A DNA stretch of 64,000 bases. It comes from Myxococcales bacterium. Its GTDB lineage: Bacteria > Myxococcota > Myxococcia > Myxococcales > 40CM-4-68-19. Shown here one piece after another: positions 45,993 through 56,325 of the stretch. The stretch is taken from NCBI GenBank assembly GCA_036513415.1, contig DATBZA010000032.1, forward strand, positions 2,985-66,984, in the 5' to 3' direction. Below the pieces are notes generated by a model. That model was not told where the DNA came from, did no database searches, and worked only from the letters and a program-made list of their open reading frames with translations. The position numbers were made by a program, and so were the translations under genes. Each line of letters begins with the position of its first letter. Position 1 is the first letter of the stretch.

Positions 45993-48086
45993 ATGACCCA
46001 GGGGCGGATCGAGCAGGAGCGATTGCGGTTCGAGGAGGCCGAGCGCCGCCAGCGGCTGCTCTCCGACGTCTCCCGCCTGCTCCTGGATTACGTAGGCCCC
46101 GACGAGATCGAGCCGCTCCGGCGCATCGTCCACCGGGTCACCGAGGCACTGGGGAACGACTGGTGCGCGTTCGCGCTCGTCCAACCCGACGGCACCCTCA
46201 AGAACGTGGCCACCGCTCATGCGGATCCGCGGCAGCGCGAGATCGAGAAGAAGCTGGAGATCCTGGTGTCGCCCAAACCCTGGGACGCGCCGCCGCTGGA
46301 GCTGAACGCGCTGGTGCAGAAGCGGCCCGTCGTCATCTCGCAGATCACGGACGAGATGCTTCGCGCCGCCGTGTCTTCCGAGGAGGCGTTCCTCGCCCTG
46401 AAGCAGGTGGGGCTCACCTCGGCGGTGGTCGCGCCCATGTTCGACGGGCCGCAGCCGCTCGGGACCCTGCTCCTCGCCAGCACTGGGCCGGGGCGGCGAT
46501 ACTCGGACGACGACGTGGATTTCGCCTTCTCGCTGGCCGGCCGCGCCGCGCTGGCAGTCCGCAACGCTCGGCTCGTCCGCGAGCTGGCGGAGGAACGGGA
46601 TCGGCAGAAGGCAGAGCGGATGGAGGCCGATCGACGCTTGGCGGAGCTCCGGGCCGTGTTCGACTGGGAACCGAACGGGATTGCGCTCTTCGACGCCAGC
46701 GGCGCCCTGCGGATGGCCTCGCACCGGATCGAGCAGATCTTCGGCCTGCCGCTTCGCGCCATGTACGGGCAGTCGTACGAAGAGATCTACTGTCGCAAGC
46801 TGGAGCAGGCGGTCCCCCAGGACCGCGAGGCCAAGCTCGCCCATGTCCTGCGGATCTTCGCGAATCGCGACGCGTCCTCGAAAGACGATATCGAGCTGGA
46901 GCGGCCGCGTCATCGCTGGCTCACCCGCTCCACCGTCCCCGTGCGCGGGGTCGGGGGCGAGTACCTGGGCCGGCTCGTCGTCTACACCGACGTCACCGAG
47001 CAGCGGGAGCTGGACCGGCAGCGCACGGATTTTCTCACCGTGGCGGCGCACGAGCTGCGCACGCCGCTCACTCCGCTGTCGATGTACCTGCAGAGCATCG
47101 ACCGGCGGCTTGCCCGGGGCCAGCAGGTGGAGGCCGAGTTGGTGAGCAAGGCGCGCCGGCAGGTGGATCGGCTGGGAAGGCTGGTCGAGGACCTGCTCGA
47201 CGTGTCCAGGCTGGAGTCTCGCCGGATGCATCTTGGCGAAACTGAGCTGGACCTCAACGAGTTGGTGGACGACGTGGTGGCGGACTTTCGCGGGCAGACC
47301 CGCAACCACGACATCGTCTTCCACCGGGCGCCCACGGCCGTGCTCGTCCAGGCGGACCAGGAGCGGATCGAGCAGGTGCTGGTGAACCTGTTGCAAAACG
47401 CCATCAAGTACAGCCCCCAGGGCGGCCAGATCCTGGTGTCCGTCCAACGCTCGGGCGCCGAAGCGCGCACTTCCGTCCAGGACCCCGGCATCGGGATTCC
47501 ACGGGACGAACAGGCCAATCTCTTCCAGCGCTTCTTCCGCGCGGCAAACGCGACCACCCGGAACTATAGCGGGCTGGGGATCGGGCTGTTCGTCTCGCAC
47601 GAGATCGTGCACCACCACGGCGGGCGGTTCGAGGTGCAGAGCGACGTGGGGGCAGGCTCGACGTTCACCTTCTATCTGCCGCTCTCGCCGCGAGCGGACA
47701 ACACGGCCGGCGCGCGGGCCCGCGTGTTGCTGGTCGACGACGACCCGGAGATCCTGGAGGCCACCGGCCAGGTCCTGCGCGAATGGGGTTACGCCGTCGA
47801 CGAGGCGCGCGACGGGCAGACGGCGCTGTCGCTTGCCCGGAACGCCAGGCCAGATCTCATGTTGGTCGATCTCATGATGCCCGTGATGGACGGCTGGACG
47901 CTGATCCAGCGCTTGCGCGAGGAGAAGGTGGCCCCGGGCGTGCCGGTGGTGGTCTTCTCCGCCGATCGCGACGCGCGCGAGAAGGCGCGGCACCTCGACG
48001 CCCGCGCGGCGCTGCGCAAGCCGTTCGAGCTGGAAGAGCTGCAGGACGTGGTCGAGCGACTCCTCCCTCCCAAGCCGGCGGCCTGA
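45993..48086 (+). CDS. Hybrid histidine kinase (GAF-PAS-HisKA-HATPase-REC)
   Basis: [29 protein letters not shown]; receiver VDDD...DLMMPVMDG...KPF. Confidence 0.92.
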   Translation: MTQGRIEQERLRFEEAERRQRLLSDVSRLLLDYVGPDEIEPLRRIVHRVTEALGNDWCAFALVQPDGTLKNVATAHADPRQREIEKKLEILVSPKPWDAPPLELNALVQKRPVVISQITDEMLRAAVSSEEAFLALKQVGLTSAVVAPMFDGPQPLGTLLLASTGPGRRYSDDDVDFAFSLAGRAALAVRNARLVRELAEERDRQKAERMEADRRLAELRAVFDWEPNGIALFDASGALRMASHRIEQIFGLPLRAMYGQSYEEIYCRKLEQAVPQDREAKLAHVLRIFANRDASSKDDIELERPRHRWLTRSTVPVRGVGGEYLGRLVVYTDVTEQRELDRQRTDFLTVAAHELRTPLTPLSMYLQSIDRRLARGQQVEAELVSKARRQVDRLGRLVEDLLDVSRLESRRMHLGETELDLNELVDDVVADFRGQTRNHDIVFHRAPTAVLVQADQERIEQVLVNLLQNAIKYSPQGGQILVSVQRSGAEARTSVQDPGIGIPRDEQANLFQRFFRAANATTRNYSGLGIGLFVSHEIVHHHGGRFEVQSDVGAGSTFTFYLPLSPRADNTAGARARVLLVDDDPEILEATGQVLREWGYAVDEARDGQTALSLARNARPDLMLVDLMMPVMDGWTLIQRLREEKVAPGVPVVVFSADRDAREKARHLDARAALRKPFELEELQDVVERLLPPKPAA

Positions 48087-48087
48087 G

Positions 48088-49029
48088 ATGGGTCGCAAGG
48101 TGAAGAAGATCCGGCGTGCGCACCGGCGGCCCTCGCTGGCGATCCTCTCCCGCAAGAAGACGCTCTACTCGACGCGGCGGCTGATCGAGGCAGCGAAGGC
48201 GCGCAGCTTCCGCACCCGCGTGATCGACGTGCTGCGCTGCAACCTGGCGCTCGAATCCGGCAACCCGCGGCTCTATCACAAGGGCAAGGAAGTGCGCGGG
48301 ATCGGCGTGGCGCTGCCGCGCATCGGCGCCTCGGTCACGGCTGTCGGGCTCTCGGTGGCTCGGCAGCTCGAAGCGATGGGAGTTCCGCTGATCAACTGCG
48401 CTTCTGCCATCGCCCGCAGCCGCGACAAGCTGGCAGCGCTCCAGCAGCTCGCGGCGGCGGGAGTGCGCATTCCTCGCACGGTGCTCGCCCGCGGCGGCGG
48501 GGAGGTCGCGGAGCTGGTCGCGCAGGTGGGCGGCCTGCCGGCGATCCTCAAGCTGATCCAGGGCACCCAGGGCGTGGGCGTGATGATCGCCCACAGCGTC
48601 GCCGAAGTGGAGAGCATCCTCGGCACGCTCTGGGACCTCGGCCAGGAGATCCTGCTCCAGGAGTTCGTCTCGGAGTCGCGGGGTCGCGACATCCGCGCGT
48701 TGGTCGTCGGCGATCGCGTGGTGGGCGCCATGCGGCGGGAGGCGCGCCGGGGCGAGTTCCGCAGCAACCTGCATCGCGGCGGCTTCGGGACGGCGGTAGA
48801 GCTTCCCGCCGATTACGCCGAGGCCGCCGTGCGCGCGGCCCGGGTGGTCGGTCTCGACGTCGCGGGAGTGGACCTGCTCGAGTCCAGCGAGGGCCCCAAG
48901 GTGGTGGAGCTGAACTCGAGCCCCGGTTTCGAGGGGCTGGAGCGGGCGACCGGGTTGGACATCGCTGGCGAGATCGTCGCGTTCGCGGCGCAGGTCGCGG
49001 AGGGTGCGCGCCGCGCGATGGCGTTGTAG
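48088..49029 (+). CDS. rimK: RimK-family ATP-grasp alpha-L-glutamate ligase
   Basis: LYSTRRL, PRIGAS, SRDK, GTQGVGV, EFRSNLHRGG, ELNSSPG. Confidence 0.9.
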   Translation: MGRKVKKIRRAHRRPSLAILSRKKTLYSTRRLIEAAKARSFRTRVIDVLRCNLALESGNPRLYHKGKEVRGIGVALPRIGASVTAVGLSVARQLEAMGVPLINCASAIARSRDKLAALQQLAAAGVRIPRTVLARGGGEVAELVAQVGGLPAILKLIQGTQGVGVMIAHSVAEVESILGTLWDLGQEILLQEFVSESRGRDIRALVVGDRVVGAMRREARRGEFRSNLHRGGFGTAVELPADYAEAAVRAARVVGLDVAGVDLLESSEGPKVVELNSSPGFEGLERATGLDIAGEIVAFAAQVAEGARRAMAL

Positions 49030-49196
49030 CCGCGGCGGCGGGGCGCGAATCCACATCGGCGCATCCGTTGGCCGCTTCCCCTACATGTCGAGAATCGGCC
49101 GCCGATGCAGGCAAGCGAGCGAGCCCCTGACTCTCGCAGGTTTCGGCGTCAAAAACATTCTTGCTCCGCCCGCCGCCCTGGGGTCAGGATGGCTGC

Positions 49197-49904
49197 ATGG
49201 CGATCCGACCGGCGCAGGGCGCGGTCTTTCAGCGCCTGCACTCGGCCCACACCGACGTTCCGGCCGAGGTTGATTTGGTGCTGTACCACGACGTGCTCTG
49301 CACCTGGTGCTTCGTCGCGGACGCGCGCCTCGAGTACTTGCGCGACGAGTACGGACCGATGCTCCGCTGGAAGCTGAGGCCGTATCCGCTGCGTCCGGAC
49401 GACCAGATCCCGGACAAGAAGCAGCGCTCCGTGCTGGCGCGCCACTACCGGCGGCTCGCGCGCGAGCAGGAGGGGAAGGGCGTCAAGCCGGACCTGTGGA
49501 CGGGACAGGATCCACCGGCCAGCTCGGTCCCGCCGCTGGTGGCGCTCGAGGCCGCGCTCCCGCAGGGTGCCGACCTGCAGCGCGAGCTGCTGAAGGCCAT
49601 GCGACGAGCGGCATTCATGCAGGGCATCAACGTCGCCAGGCGCGACGTCCAGCTCGAGCTGGCGTCGCGAGTTGGACTCGACCTCGGCCGGTTCGTCGAG
49701 CAGCTCGACGACCCCCGGCTCGAGCAGGACGTGAACGACGCGGTCGAGGAGGCGGAGGCGCTCGGCATCAGGGGTGTTCCGGCCCTGGTGATCGGGGGCG
49801 AGTGGCTGATGCAGGGTTGCCGTGAGCTCGCGGAGTACCGGCAGGTGATCGACAAGTACCTGCGCGAGCGGGTCGCCTCGGCCCAACTGCGCGTGATGCA
49901 TTAG
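49197..49904 (+). CDS. DsbA/FrnE-family thioredoxin-fold protein
   Basis: CTWC active site; GIRGVP cis-Pro loop. Confidence 0.85.
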   Translation: MAIRPAQGAVFQRLHSAHTDVPAEVDLVLYHDVLCTWCFVADARLEYLRDEYGPMLRWKLRPYPLRPDDQIPDKKQRSVLARHYRRLAREQEGKGVKPDLWTGQDPPASSVPPLVALEAALPQGADLQRELLKAMRRAAFMQGINVARRDVQLELASRVGLDLGRFVEQLDDPRLEQDVNDAVEEAEALGIRGVPALVIGGEWLMQGCRELAEYRQVIDKYLRERVASAQLRVMH

Positions 49905-50017
49905 CCCCGGCCGCCGCAGGCGGCTCAGGGGCTACGCCTTAGCGCGAGCCAACTCCCCGGCCGCCGCAGGCGGCTCAGGGGCTACGCCTTAGCGCGAGCC
50001 AACTCCCCGGCCGCCGC
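49902..50017. repeat. REP-like repeat family B, exact 50-bp tandem (2.3 units)
   Basis: ccccggccgccgcaggcggctcaggggctacgccttagcgcgagccaact at 49905-49954 and 49955-50004 plus partial third unit. Confidence 0.92.
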
Positions 50018-50082
50018 CCGCGTATGGTGTCCCCCTTTCGGACTCGGCGTACCGCGTCGACTTCGACTATGCTCGCGGCGCC

Positions 50083-52239
50083 ATGGCACCCGTCCTTGCC
50101 TCGCTGATCATCCTCGCCGGGCTCGCCGTCTTCGCCTGGATCCTGTCCTACCGCGTCCGGCCGCTCTTCTTCGGGCGCAGGGACGTGCGCTGGGACGATC
50201 CGGCGACGCGCACCGAGAAGCTGCTGCTCTACGGAATCGGCCAGGGGCGGATGCCGACCAAGCCCGACCGGCCGGCGGGCATCGCGCACATCTGGATCTT
50301 CCTCGCCTTCATCGTTGCCCAGCTGGGGACGCTCACTTCATTCGGGCTCGCCTACGACCCGGGCTTCCACCTGCCGCTCCTCGCTCACGAAGCCCGCGCA
50401 GGGCAGCTCTACCTCTGGGTCAAGGACGTCATCGACCTGCTCGGCACCGCCGGGTGCGCGGTGTTCCTCTATTACCGGCTGGTGCAGAAGAAGGAGCGGT
50501 TGACGCTCTCCTGGGAGGGCGTGTTCATCCTCTGCATGATCCTCGGCGTCCTCTGGACGGACGTCCTCATCGATGCCGCGCTGCTGGCGAAGAGCGCGGG
50601 CGAGGTGCCCTGGTACCTGCCGGTCTCCGGCAAGGTCGCGACCTGGTTCCTCTACGGGATGTCGCCGCAGGCGGCCACCAACACGATGACGGCGGGAGTG
50701 CTGCTGCACATCGCCATCGTGATGTCGTTCCTCAACTTCCTGCCCCTGGGAAAGCACTTCCACATCATCACCGGGCTCCCGACCGTGTTCTTCCAGCGGC
50801 TGACGCCCATGGGCCAGCTCTCCAAGCTCGACCTGGAGAACAGCGAGAAGTTCGGGGTCGCGAAGCTGGCCGACCTGTCGTGGAAGGAGATCCTCGACAC
50901 CTACTCTTGCACTGAGTGCGGCCGCTGCCAGACCTACTGCCCGACGTACGACACCGGCAAGCCGCTCACGCACAAGGAGATGAACCGCGCCATCCGCCAC
51001 CACGCGCAGGAGATGGCGGAAAAAATGCCGCTGCCGCTCGCACAGCTCGCGCGGCGCCTCAACCGGATCCGCCCGGTGACCGGCGGCGGACATTCGGACG
51101 GGCAGGAAGGCCATGGCGGGCACGCGGGGAGCGATCCGGCCACCGGCTCCGCGGGGGCCTTCGCGCAGAGCTCGCTACAGCTTCCCGCCGAGCTGATCGA
51201 GCAGATGCCTCCTCTGGTGGGCAACGAGGGCGGCGTCATTCCCGACGAGACCGTCTGGGCATGCACGACCTGCGGCTGGTGCGAGCAGGCCTGCCCGGTC
51301 TTCATCGAGCACCTCCCGCGGATCGTCGACATGCGCCGCAATCTCGTCCTGATGGAGAGCCGATTCCCCGAGGAAGCCGCGCGCGTCTTCAAGGGAATGG
51401 AGACGCAGGGCAATCCCTGGGGCATGGGCAGCAACCGGCGCGCGGAGTGGTGCGCGGATCTGGAAATCCCCGTCGCCGGCTCCCTGGATCCGGCGACCCT
51501 GAAGGACATGGAGTACCTCTTCTTCGTCGGCTGCGCGGGCAGCTTCGACGACCGGCAGAAGCGGGTCTCTCGCGCGCTGGTGAAGATCCTCAGGGCCGCG
51601 AAGGTGAGGTTCTGCATCCTGGGGGAGGAGGAGACTTGCAATGGCGATTCCGCCCGCCGGCTCGGGAACGAGTACCTCTTCCAAGCGCTCGCGCAGCAGA
51701 ACGTCGAGACGCTGAACCGATACCCGGTCAAGAAGATCATCACCCAGTGCCCGCACTGCTTCAACACGCTCGGGCAGGAGTACCCGCAGTTCAACGGGCA
51801 TTTCCGGGTCCTGCACCACGCCGAGGTGATCGCGCAGCTGGTGGCGGACGGACGGTTGCGGCCGGGGGAGGCGCAGCTGAGCGAGCCCGTCACGTACCAC
51901 GACAGCTGCTACCTCGCGCGCCACAACGGGATCAGCGAGGCCCCGCGCCAGGCGCTGGTATCCCTGGGCATCCAAGTGCGCGAAATGGAGCGCAACCGCA
52001 CCGAGACGTTTTGCTGCGGAGCCGGTGGAGGACGTATGTGGCTGGAGGAGACGCTCGGCCAGCGCATCAACCAGAACCGCGTGAACGAAGCGGCCAGGAC
52101 CCTCGGCGGCAAGGGAACGGTCGCCACCAGCTGCCCGTTCTGCCTGACCATGATCAAGGACGGGATCGGGGAGACGGGCCGGAGCGAGCAGATGGACGCG
52201 AAGGACATCGCCGAGCTCGTGGCCCAGGCCCTCCCTTGA
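50083..52239 (+). CDS. FadF/HdrD-like membrane Fe-S oxidoreductase
   Basis: N-terminal TM helices; CTECGRCQTYCP and CTTCGWCEQACP; CCG domains (YHDSC, CCGAGGG, CPFC). Confidence 0.9.
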   Translation: MAPVLASLIILAGLAVFAWILSYRVRPLFFGRRDVRWDDPATRTEKLLLYGIGQGRMPTKPDRPAGIAHIWIFLAFIVAQLGTLTSFGLAYDPGFHLPLLAHEARAGQLYLWVKDVIDLLGTAGCAVFLYYRLVQKKERLTLSWEGVFILCMILGVLWTDVLIDAALLAKSAGEVPWYLPVSGKVATWFLYGMSPQAATNTMTAGVLLHIAIVMSFLNFLPLGKHFHIITGLPTVFFQRLTPMGQLSKLDLENSEKFGVAKLADLSWKEILDTYSCTECGRCQTYCPTYDTGKPLTHKEMNRAIRHHAQEMAEKMPLPLAQLARRLNRIRPVTGGGHSDGQEGHGGHAGSDPATGSAGAFAQSSLQLPAELIEQMPPLVGNEGGVIPDETVWACTTCGWCEQACPVFIEHLPRIVDMRRNLVLMESRFPEEAARVFKGMETQGNPWGMGSNRRAEWCADLEIPVAGSLDPATLKDMEYLFFVGCAGSFDDRQKRVSRALVKILRAAKVRFCILGEEETCNGDSARRLGNEYLFQALAQQNVETLNRYPVKKIITQCPHCFNTLGQEYPQFNGHFRVLHHAEVIAQLVADGRLRPGEAQLSEPVTYHDSCYLARHNGISEAPRQALVSLGIQVREMERNRTETFCCGAGGGRMWLEETLGQRINQNRVNEAARTLGGKGTVATSCPFCLTMIKDGIGETGRSEQMDAKDIAELVAQALP

Positions 52240-53099
52240 GCGGCCTGGTCACAGTCCGGCCCTTCGAGATGGCCGACCTCGACGCCGCCGCGCGCTTCTG
52301 CGACGCGGCGCGCGCTCTCGACCCTGCGGTGGAGGCGTTTGGCGAGCGCCTGGAGTCGATAGCGAGAGGTCCCCGGGCCGTCCTCGACCTCTGGCGCGTC
52401 GCCGCGGGCGAGGACGGCGGGCTGTACGGCGTTGCGTTCGCGGCCGTGCGCGAATCGGCGCGCGCACCCGTCTACGATTTCTACGCCGCTGTGCATCCTT
52501 CGGTCCGGCGCCAGGGCCTGGCGCGCGCGCTCAGCGAGCCAGCGGTCGGAAACGGCGCGACGCTCCGGGCCCGGGTCCGCGACGACGCGAGCGCCGGTCG
52601 AGCATTCCTCCGGGCGATGGGGTTCTCCGAGACCGGGGCGCAGCTCGTGCTGCAATGGAGCGGGGCCCGGATCGATGCGCGCCGGGTCCCCGCGCTGCGC
52701 ATCCGGCATGCCACGCGCCGGGACGAGCAGGTGCTCACTTCGCTCTCGGAGCAAGTCTGGGAAGGGACTCCGGATGCCTTCCTCTCGCGACCGGACGAGA
52801 TCGTCCAGCTCTTTTCGGAGGAGGGCCGCAGCGTGCTGGTGGCGCAATCCGAAGGACGGCCGATTGCGTACCTCTCCGGCGTGGAGCTCGGGCGCACGCT
52901 GGGCATCGAGGAGGTGGGCGTCCTGCCGCAGTTCCGGCGAATGGGCGTGGCGCGCTTGCTGCTCGCGCACGCGCTCCAGAAGAGAGAGGGCGCGGTGATC
53001 ACCGTCGGGGAGTCGAACATGCCCGCCCGCGCGCTGTACCGCTCGCTCGGCTTCCGCCAGTCCACGCGGCGCCTGCTGATGGAGCTGAGGCATGGATGA
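52236..53099 (+). CDS. Tandem GNAT acetyltransferase
   Basis: VHPSVRRQGLA and VLPQFRRMGVA motif A twice; NMPARALYRSLGF; TTG start overlapping upstream stop. Confidence 0.82.
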   Translation: MSGLVTVRPFEMADLDAAARFCDAARALDPAVEAFGERLESIARGPRAVLDLWRVAAGEDGGLYGVAFAAVRESARAPVYDFYAAVHPSVRRQGLARALSEPAVGNGATLRARVRDDASAGRAFLRAMGFSETGAQLVLQWSGARIDARRVPALRIRHATRRDEQVLTSLSEQVWEGTPDAFLSRPDEIVQLFSEEGRSVLVAQSEGRPIAYLSGVELGRTLGIEEVGVLPQFRRMGVARLLLAHALQKREGAVITVGESNMPARALYRSLGFRQSTRRLLMELRHG

Positions 53100-53119
53100 G
53101 CGACGGCGCGAAGAGCCTT

Positions 53120-54412
53120 TCAGGAGGCGCGCGTCGCGGTCGGCGGCGCCGACTTGGAGCGGGCCACGCGGACCAGTCGCACGCGGCGGTCGTCGCGCTG
53201 CACCACCGTCAGCTCCAGGCCGCCGATGTAGAAGCGATCGCCCATCTGGGGGATCGCCCCCGCCGCGGAATTGAGCAGGCCTCCCAGGGTCTCGAAGTCG
53301 CCCTGGTTCGGCAGCTTCGCCCCGAGCGACTCGTTGAGGTCGTCGACGCGGACTTCCGCGCGGACCAGCGCAGTTCCGTCCGGGCCGAACTGCGGCGCCG
53401 GCCCCTCCTTGTCATGCTCGTCGTGGATCTCGCCCACGATCTCCTCGAGGATGTCCTCGAGCGTGACGATCCCGGAGAACCCGCCGTACTCGTCCACCAC
53501 CATCGCGAGCAGGGACCGCTTGTGCTGCATCTCGCGCAGGAGCTCGCCCACCGGCTTGGTCCAGGGGACGAACAGGGCCGGCCGCACGATGTCCTGGAGG
53601 ACGATCAGCTCCGGATGCGCCATCAGCGGAATCACGTCCTTCGCGTGCAGCACCCCTTTGATGTGGTCGAGGTCGCCGTCGTAGACCGGCATGCGCGTGT
53701 GACCTTCCTCGGCGAGGAGGTCGATGACTTCCTGGGGCTTCGCGTCGAGGGGCACGCCGACCACGCGCGTCCGCGGGACCATGATCTCCTTCGCCGTCCG
53801 CTCCGCGAACGAAAAGAGCCCGTGCACCAGCTCCGGGGAAGGGGCCCCTGCGCCGCCCCCGCGCGCCTCCTCGCTGAGCATCTTCTCGATCTCTTGCAGC
53901 GGCAGGCGCGGCGGCGTGTAGCGGGCGGTGGCGCCACGACGCAGGAGGAGCGCATCGAAGATCCTCAGGAGCAAGCGCACCGGGCCCCGCAGCATCATGC
54001 AGACCAGGTAGGTCGATCCGGCCAGCGCCAATGCCCAGCCGAGCGGACGGGCCAGGGCGAGCGAGCGCGGAGCGAGGTCGATCACCAGCGCCACGACGCC
54101 CGCGAGCAAGCCGGCCAGCAGCTGGAGCGTGCTTCGCGAGCTCGAATGCACGCCCGCGCGCAAAAGGATGTCGCCGGCCACGATCGCGCAGGCCACGGCG
54201 GCGAACGCCAATAGCGCGGAGGAAGCGCCGCGCAACGCAGCCGCGGTGGTCTCCGGCTCCTGCTTCAGCTTCAACAGCCAGCGCACGCGATGCGGGTGGT
54301 CCCGCTCGAGAGCGCGAAGCTCGTCCTCGCCGACAGCGAGCAAGGCCGTATCGGCCGCCTGCAGCAAGGCGCGGCCTGCGAGGGCGGCGCCCGCCGCCAG
54401 GAGCTCCAGCAT
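53120..54412 (-). CDS. CNNM/CBS/CorC (TlyC hemolysin-family) protein
   Basis: N-terminal TMs, EIMVPR, HTRMPVY, VVDEYGG...TLEDILEEIVGEI, ETLGG. Confidence 0.92.
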   Translation of the reverse strand: MLELLAAGAALAGRALLQAADTALLAVGEDELRALERDHPHRVRWLLKLKQEPETTAAALRGASSALLAFAAVACAIVAGDILLRAGVHSSSRSTLQLLAGLLAGVVALVIDLAPRSLALARPLGWALALAGSTYLVCMMLRGPVRLLLRIFDALLLRRGATARYTPPRLPLQEIEKMLSEEARGGGAGAPSPELVHGLFSFAERTAKEIMVPRTRVVGVPLDAKPQEVIDLLAEEGHTRMPVYDGDLDHIKGVLHAKDVIPLMAHPELIVLQDIVRPALFVPWTKPVGELLREMQHKRSLLAMVVDEYGGFSGIVTLEDILEEIVGEIHDEHDKEGPAPQFGPDGTALVRAEVRVDDLNESLGAKLPNQGDFETLGGLLNSAAGAIPQMGDRFYIGGLELTVVQRDDRRVRLVRVARSKSAPPTATRAS

Positions 54413-54517
54413 TGCCGCAGAGCGTAGTCGGCCCGGTGCGCGCCGCCAACGGCTGTTTTTTTCCAGCAGTCCTGCAGATGCCATTGCGACTGTGGTTGCA
54501 CCCGGCTAAGAGGCGGC

Positions 54518-54670
54518 ATGCGCACGCTCGTCCTCCTGCTCCTGGCTGCCTGCGGGGAGAGCGCCAGCGCGCCGATCGCGGTCCAGCGGGGCATGGCCAG
54601 CGACATCGGGCGAGTGACCCCCAGCTGCAGGCGGAGTAGGGCGCTTGAAACGGCGGCCCCACGGCATTAG
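54518..54670 (+). CDS. Possible 50-aa lipoprotein or truncated remnant
   Basis: [19 protein letters not shown] lipobox after AAGAGG; below ORF-track cutoff. Confidence 0.4.
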   Translation: MRTLVLLLLAACGESASAPIAVQRGMASDIGRVTPSCRRSRALETAAPRH

Positions 54671-54697
54671 GGTGCGCGCCTTCGGAGGCCCAACAGC

Positions 54698-54940
54698 ATG
54701 AAAGCGCGCGTCGTCGTCACGCTCAAGAAGTCGGTGCTCGACCCGCAGGGCCAGGCCGTGACCCGCGCCCTCGGTTCGCTGGGCTTCAGCGAGGTCAAGG
54801 ACGTCCGCCTCGGCAAGATCATCGAGTTGGACCTCGAGGCCAAGGACCCGGCGGAAGCGAAGAAGCGGGTCCAGGACATGTGCGAGAAGCTCCTCGCCAA
54901 CACGGTCATCGAAGAGTATCGGGTGGAGGAGATCCGCTGA
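54698..54940 (+). CDS. purS: FGAM synthase subunit PurS
   Basis: [21 protein letters not shown]. Confidence 0.96.
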   Translation: MKARVVVTLKKSVLDPQGQAVTRALGSLGFSEVKDVRLGKIIELDLEAKDPAEAKKRVQDMCEKLLANTVIEEYRVEEIR

Positions 54941-55632
54941 TGCTGTTCGCGGTGGTCGTCTTTCCCGGCAGCAACTGCGACCACGACGTCTACCACGTGG
55001 CCAAGCACGTCCTGGGCTGCGCGGCCCGCTATGTCTGGCACAAGGATCGCGACTTGCGGGGCGCGGACGTGGTGGTGCTGCCCGGCGGCTTCTCCTACGG
55101 CGACTACCTGCGCACCGGCGCGATCGCGCGCTTCTCGCCCATCATGGAGGAGATCCGCAAGTTCGCCCACCGCGGCGGGCACGTGATCGGCATCTGCAAC
55201 GGCTTCCAGATCCTGTTGGAGGCGGGGATGCTGCCCGGCGCGATGCGCCGGAACGACTCGCTCAAGTACGTCTGCCGCGACGTGCACCTCAAGGTCGAGA
55301 ATGCGATGACGCCCTGGACGCGGAAGTACGCCAAGGGCGACGTGATCCGGATTCCCGTCGGCCACGGCGACGGGAACTACTACATCGACCCCGAGGGCTT
55401 GCGCCGGCTGGAAAGCGAAGGTCAGGTCGCGTTCCGGTACGTCGACCCGGCGGGCATCCGCGGGGTCTCGGGCATGAACCCGAACGGCTCCCTCGGCGAC
55501 GTCGCGGGCATCACCAACGCGCGCGGAAACGTGCTCGGCATGATGCCCCACCCCGAGCGCCTCGCGGAAGGGGTGCTGGGGGGCGAGGACGGGCGCCGCC
55601 TCTTCGAAAGCATCGTCGAAGCCGTCGGCTGA
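54940..55632 (+). CDS. purQ: FGAM synthase subunit PurQ
   Basis: [32 protein letters not shown]. Confidence 0.97.
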   Translation: MLFAVVVFPGSNCDHDVYHVAKHVLGCAARYVWHKDRDLRGADVVVLPGGFSYGDYLRTGAIARFSPIMEEIRKFAHRGGHVIGICNGFQILLEAGMLPGAMRRNDSLKYVCRDVHLKVENAMTPWTRKYAKGDVIRIPVGHGDGNYYIDPEGLRRLESEGQVAFRYVDPAGIRGVSGMNPNGSLGDVAGITNARGNVLGMMPHPERLAEGVLGGEDGRRLFESIVEAVG

Positions 55633-55652
55633 CGATTCACTCGACGGACCTG

Positions 55653-55833
55653 CAGATCAAACGCCGAGCACGCCGAGCACGCCGAGGTGGAAACGTCGTC
55701 TCAAGAAGTCATTTTTTTGGGTTGGTCTCTGCCAACCCCCGACCGTTCGGAGCAACTCCGAGCGCCGCAGCTGGCGAGACGATCACCCCCCAAACCTCGG
55801 CGTGCTCGGCGTGCTCGGCGTTTGAAATGAAGC
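55653..55833 (+). repeat. Non-coding element A3
   Basis: Perfect 32-bp inverted arms 55657-55688 / 55794-55825 (tcaaacgccgagcacgccgagcacgccgaggt). Confidence 0.9.
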
Positions 55834-55848
55834 AGCGGTTTTCTTTTC

Positions 55849-56316
55849 CTAGCTTCGGCGGCTGCGCTTGGCGTGGACGCGGGGGGTGGTCCACTCCTTG
55901 CGCTCGTGGGGCTTTTTGGCGCCTTCGGGGAGCGCGTTGAGCGCGCGACGCAGGCGCCCGTGGGCCATGACCACGTCGGGAGCGCTCTGGAGGAGAGGCG
56001 CGTACTTGTCCCAGAACGGCGACCCGCCCGCCTGCGTGAGCCGATTGATCTCCTGACGCACTCCGGCCACGGTTCCGGGCGGCAGGAGCTCCTGCGTCAG
56101 AAGTGAATCGAGGTCGACGATCAGCTCGCTCATCGGGTGGAGCCAGGCGAAATAGGGGTCCTCTGTGAGCAGCCGCAGCATCTGTCCTGGCCCGCCCGCC
56201 GGCCCCCGGTCGCGCTCGTACGTCTTCCGGACGGCCTGGACCAGTGCGCGATGGACTTCGCGCAGCGCCGCAGCCGCCTCCAGCAACCCAGGCTTGTGCG
56301 TACCTTCCCCGGTCAT
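55849..56316 (-). CDS. Hypothetical protein
   Basis: 155-aa ORF filling the gap, DPYFAWLHPMSELIVDLD; co-oriented with upstream gene. Confidence 0.7.
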   Translation of the reverse strand: MTGEGTHKPGLLEAAAALREVHRALVQAVRKTYERDRGPAGGPGQMLRLLTEDPYFAWLHPMSELIVDLDSLLTQELLPPGTVAGVRQEINRLTQAGGSPFWDKYAPLLQSAPDVVMAHGRLRRALNALPEGAKKPHERKEWTTPRVHAKRSRRS

Positions 56317-56325
56317 GCCCCTAGT

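Noticed and set aside
49905-50017. Possible CRISPR array
   Set aside because: Units are exact head-to-tail 50-bp copies with no unique spacers, and no cas genes are present.
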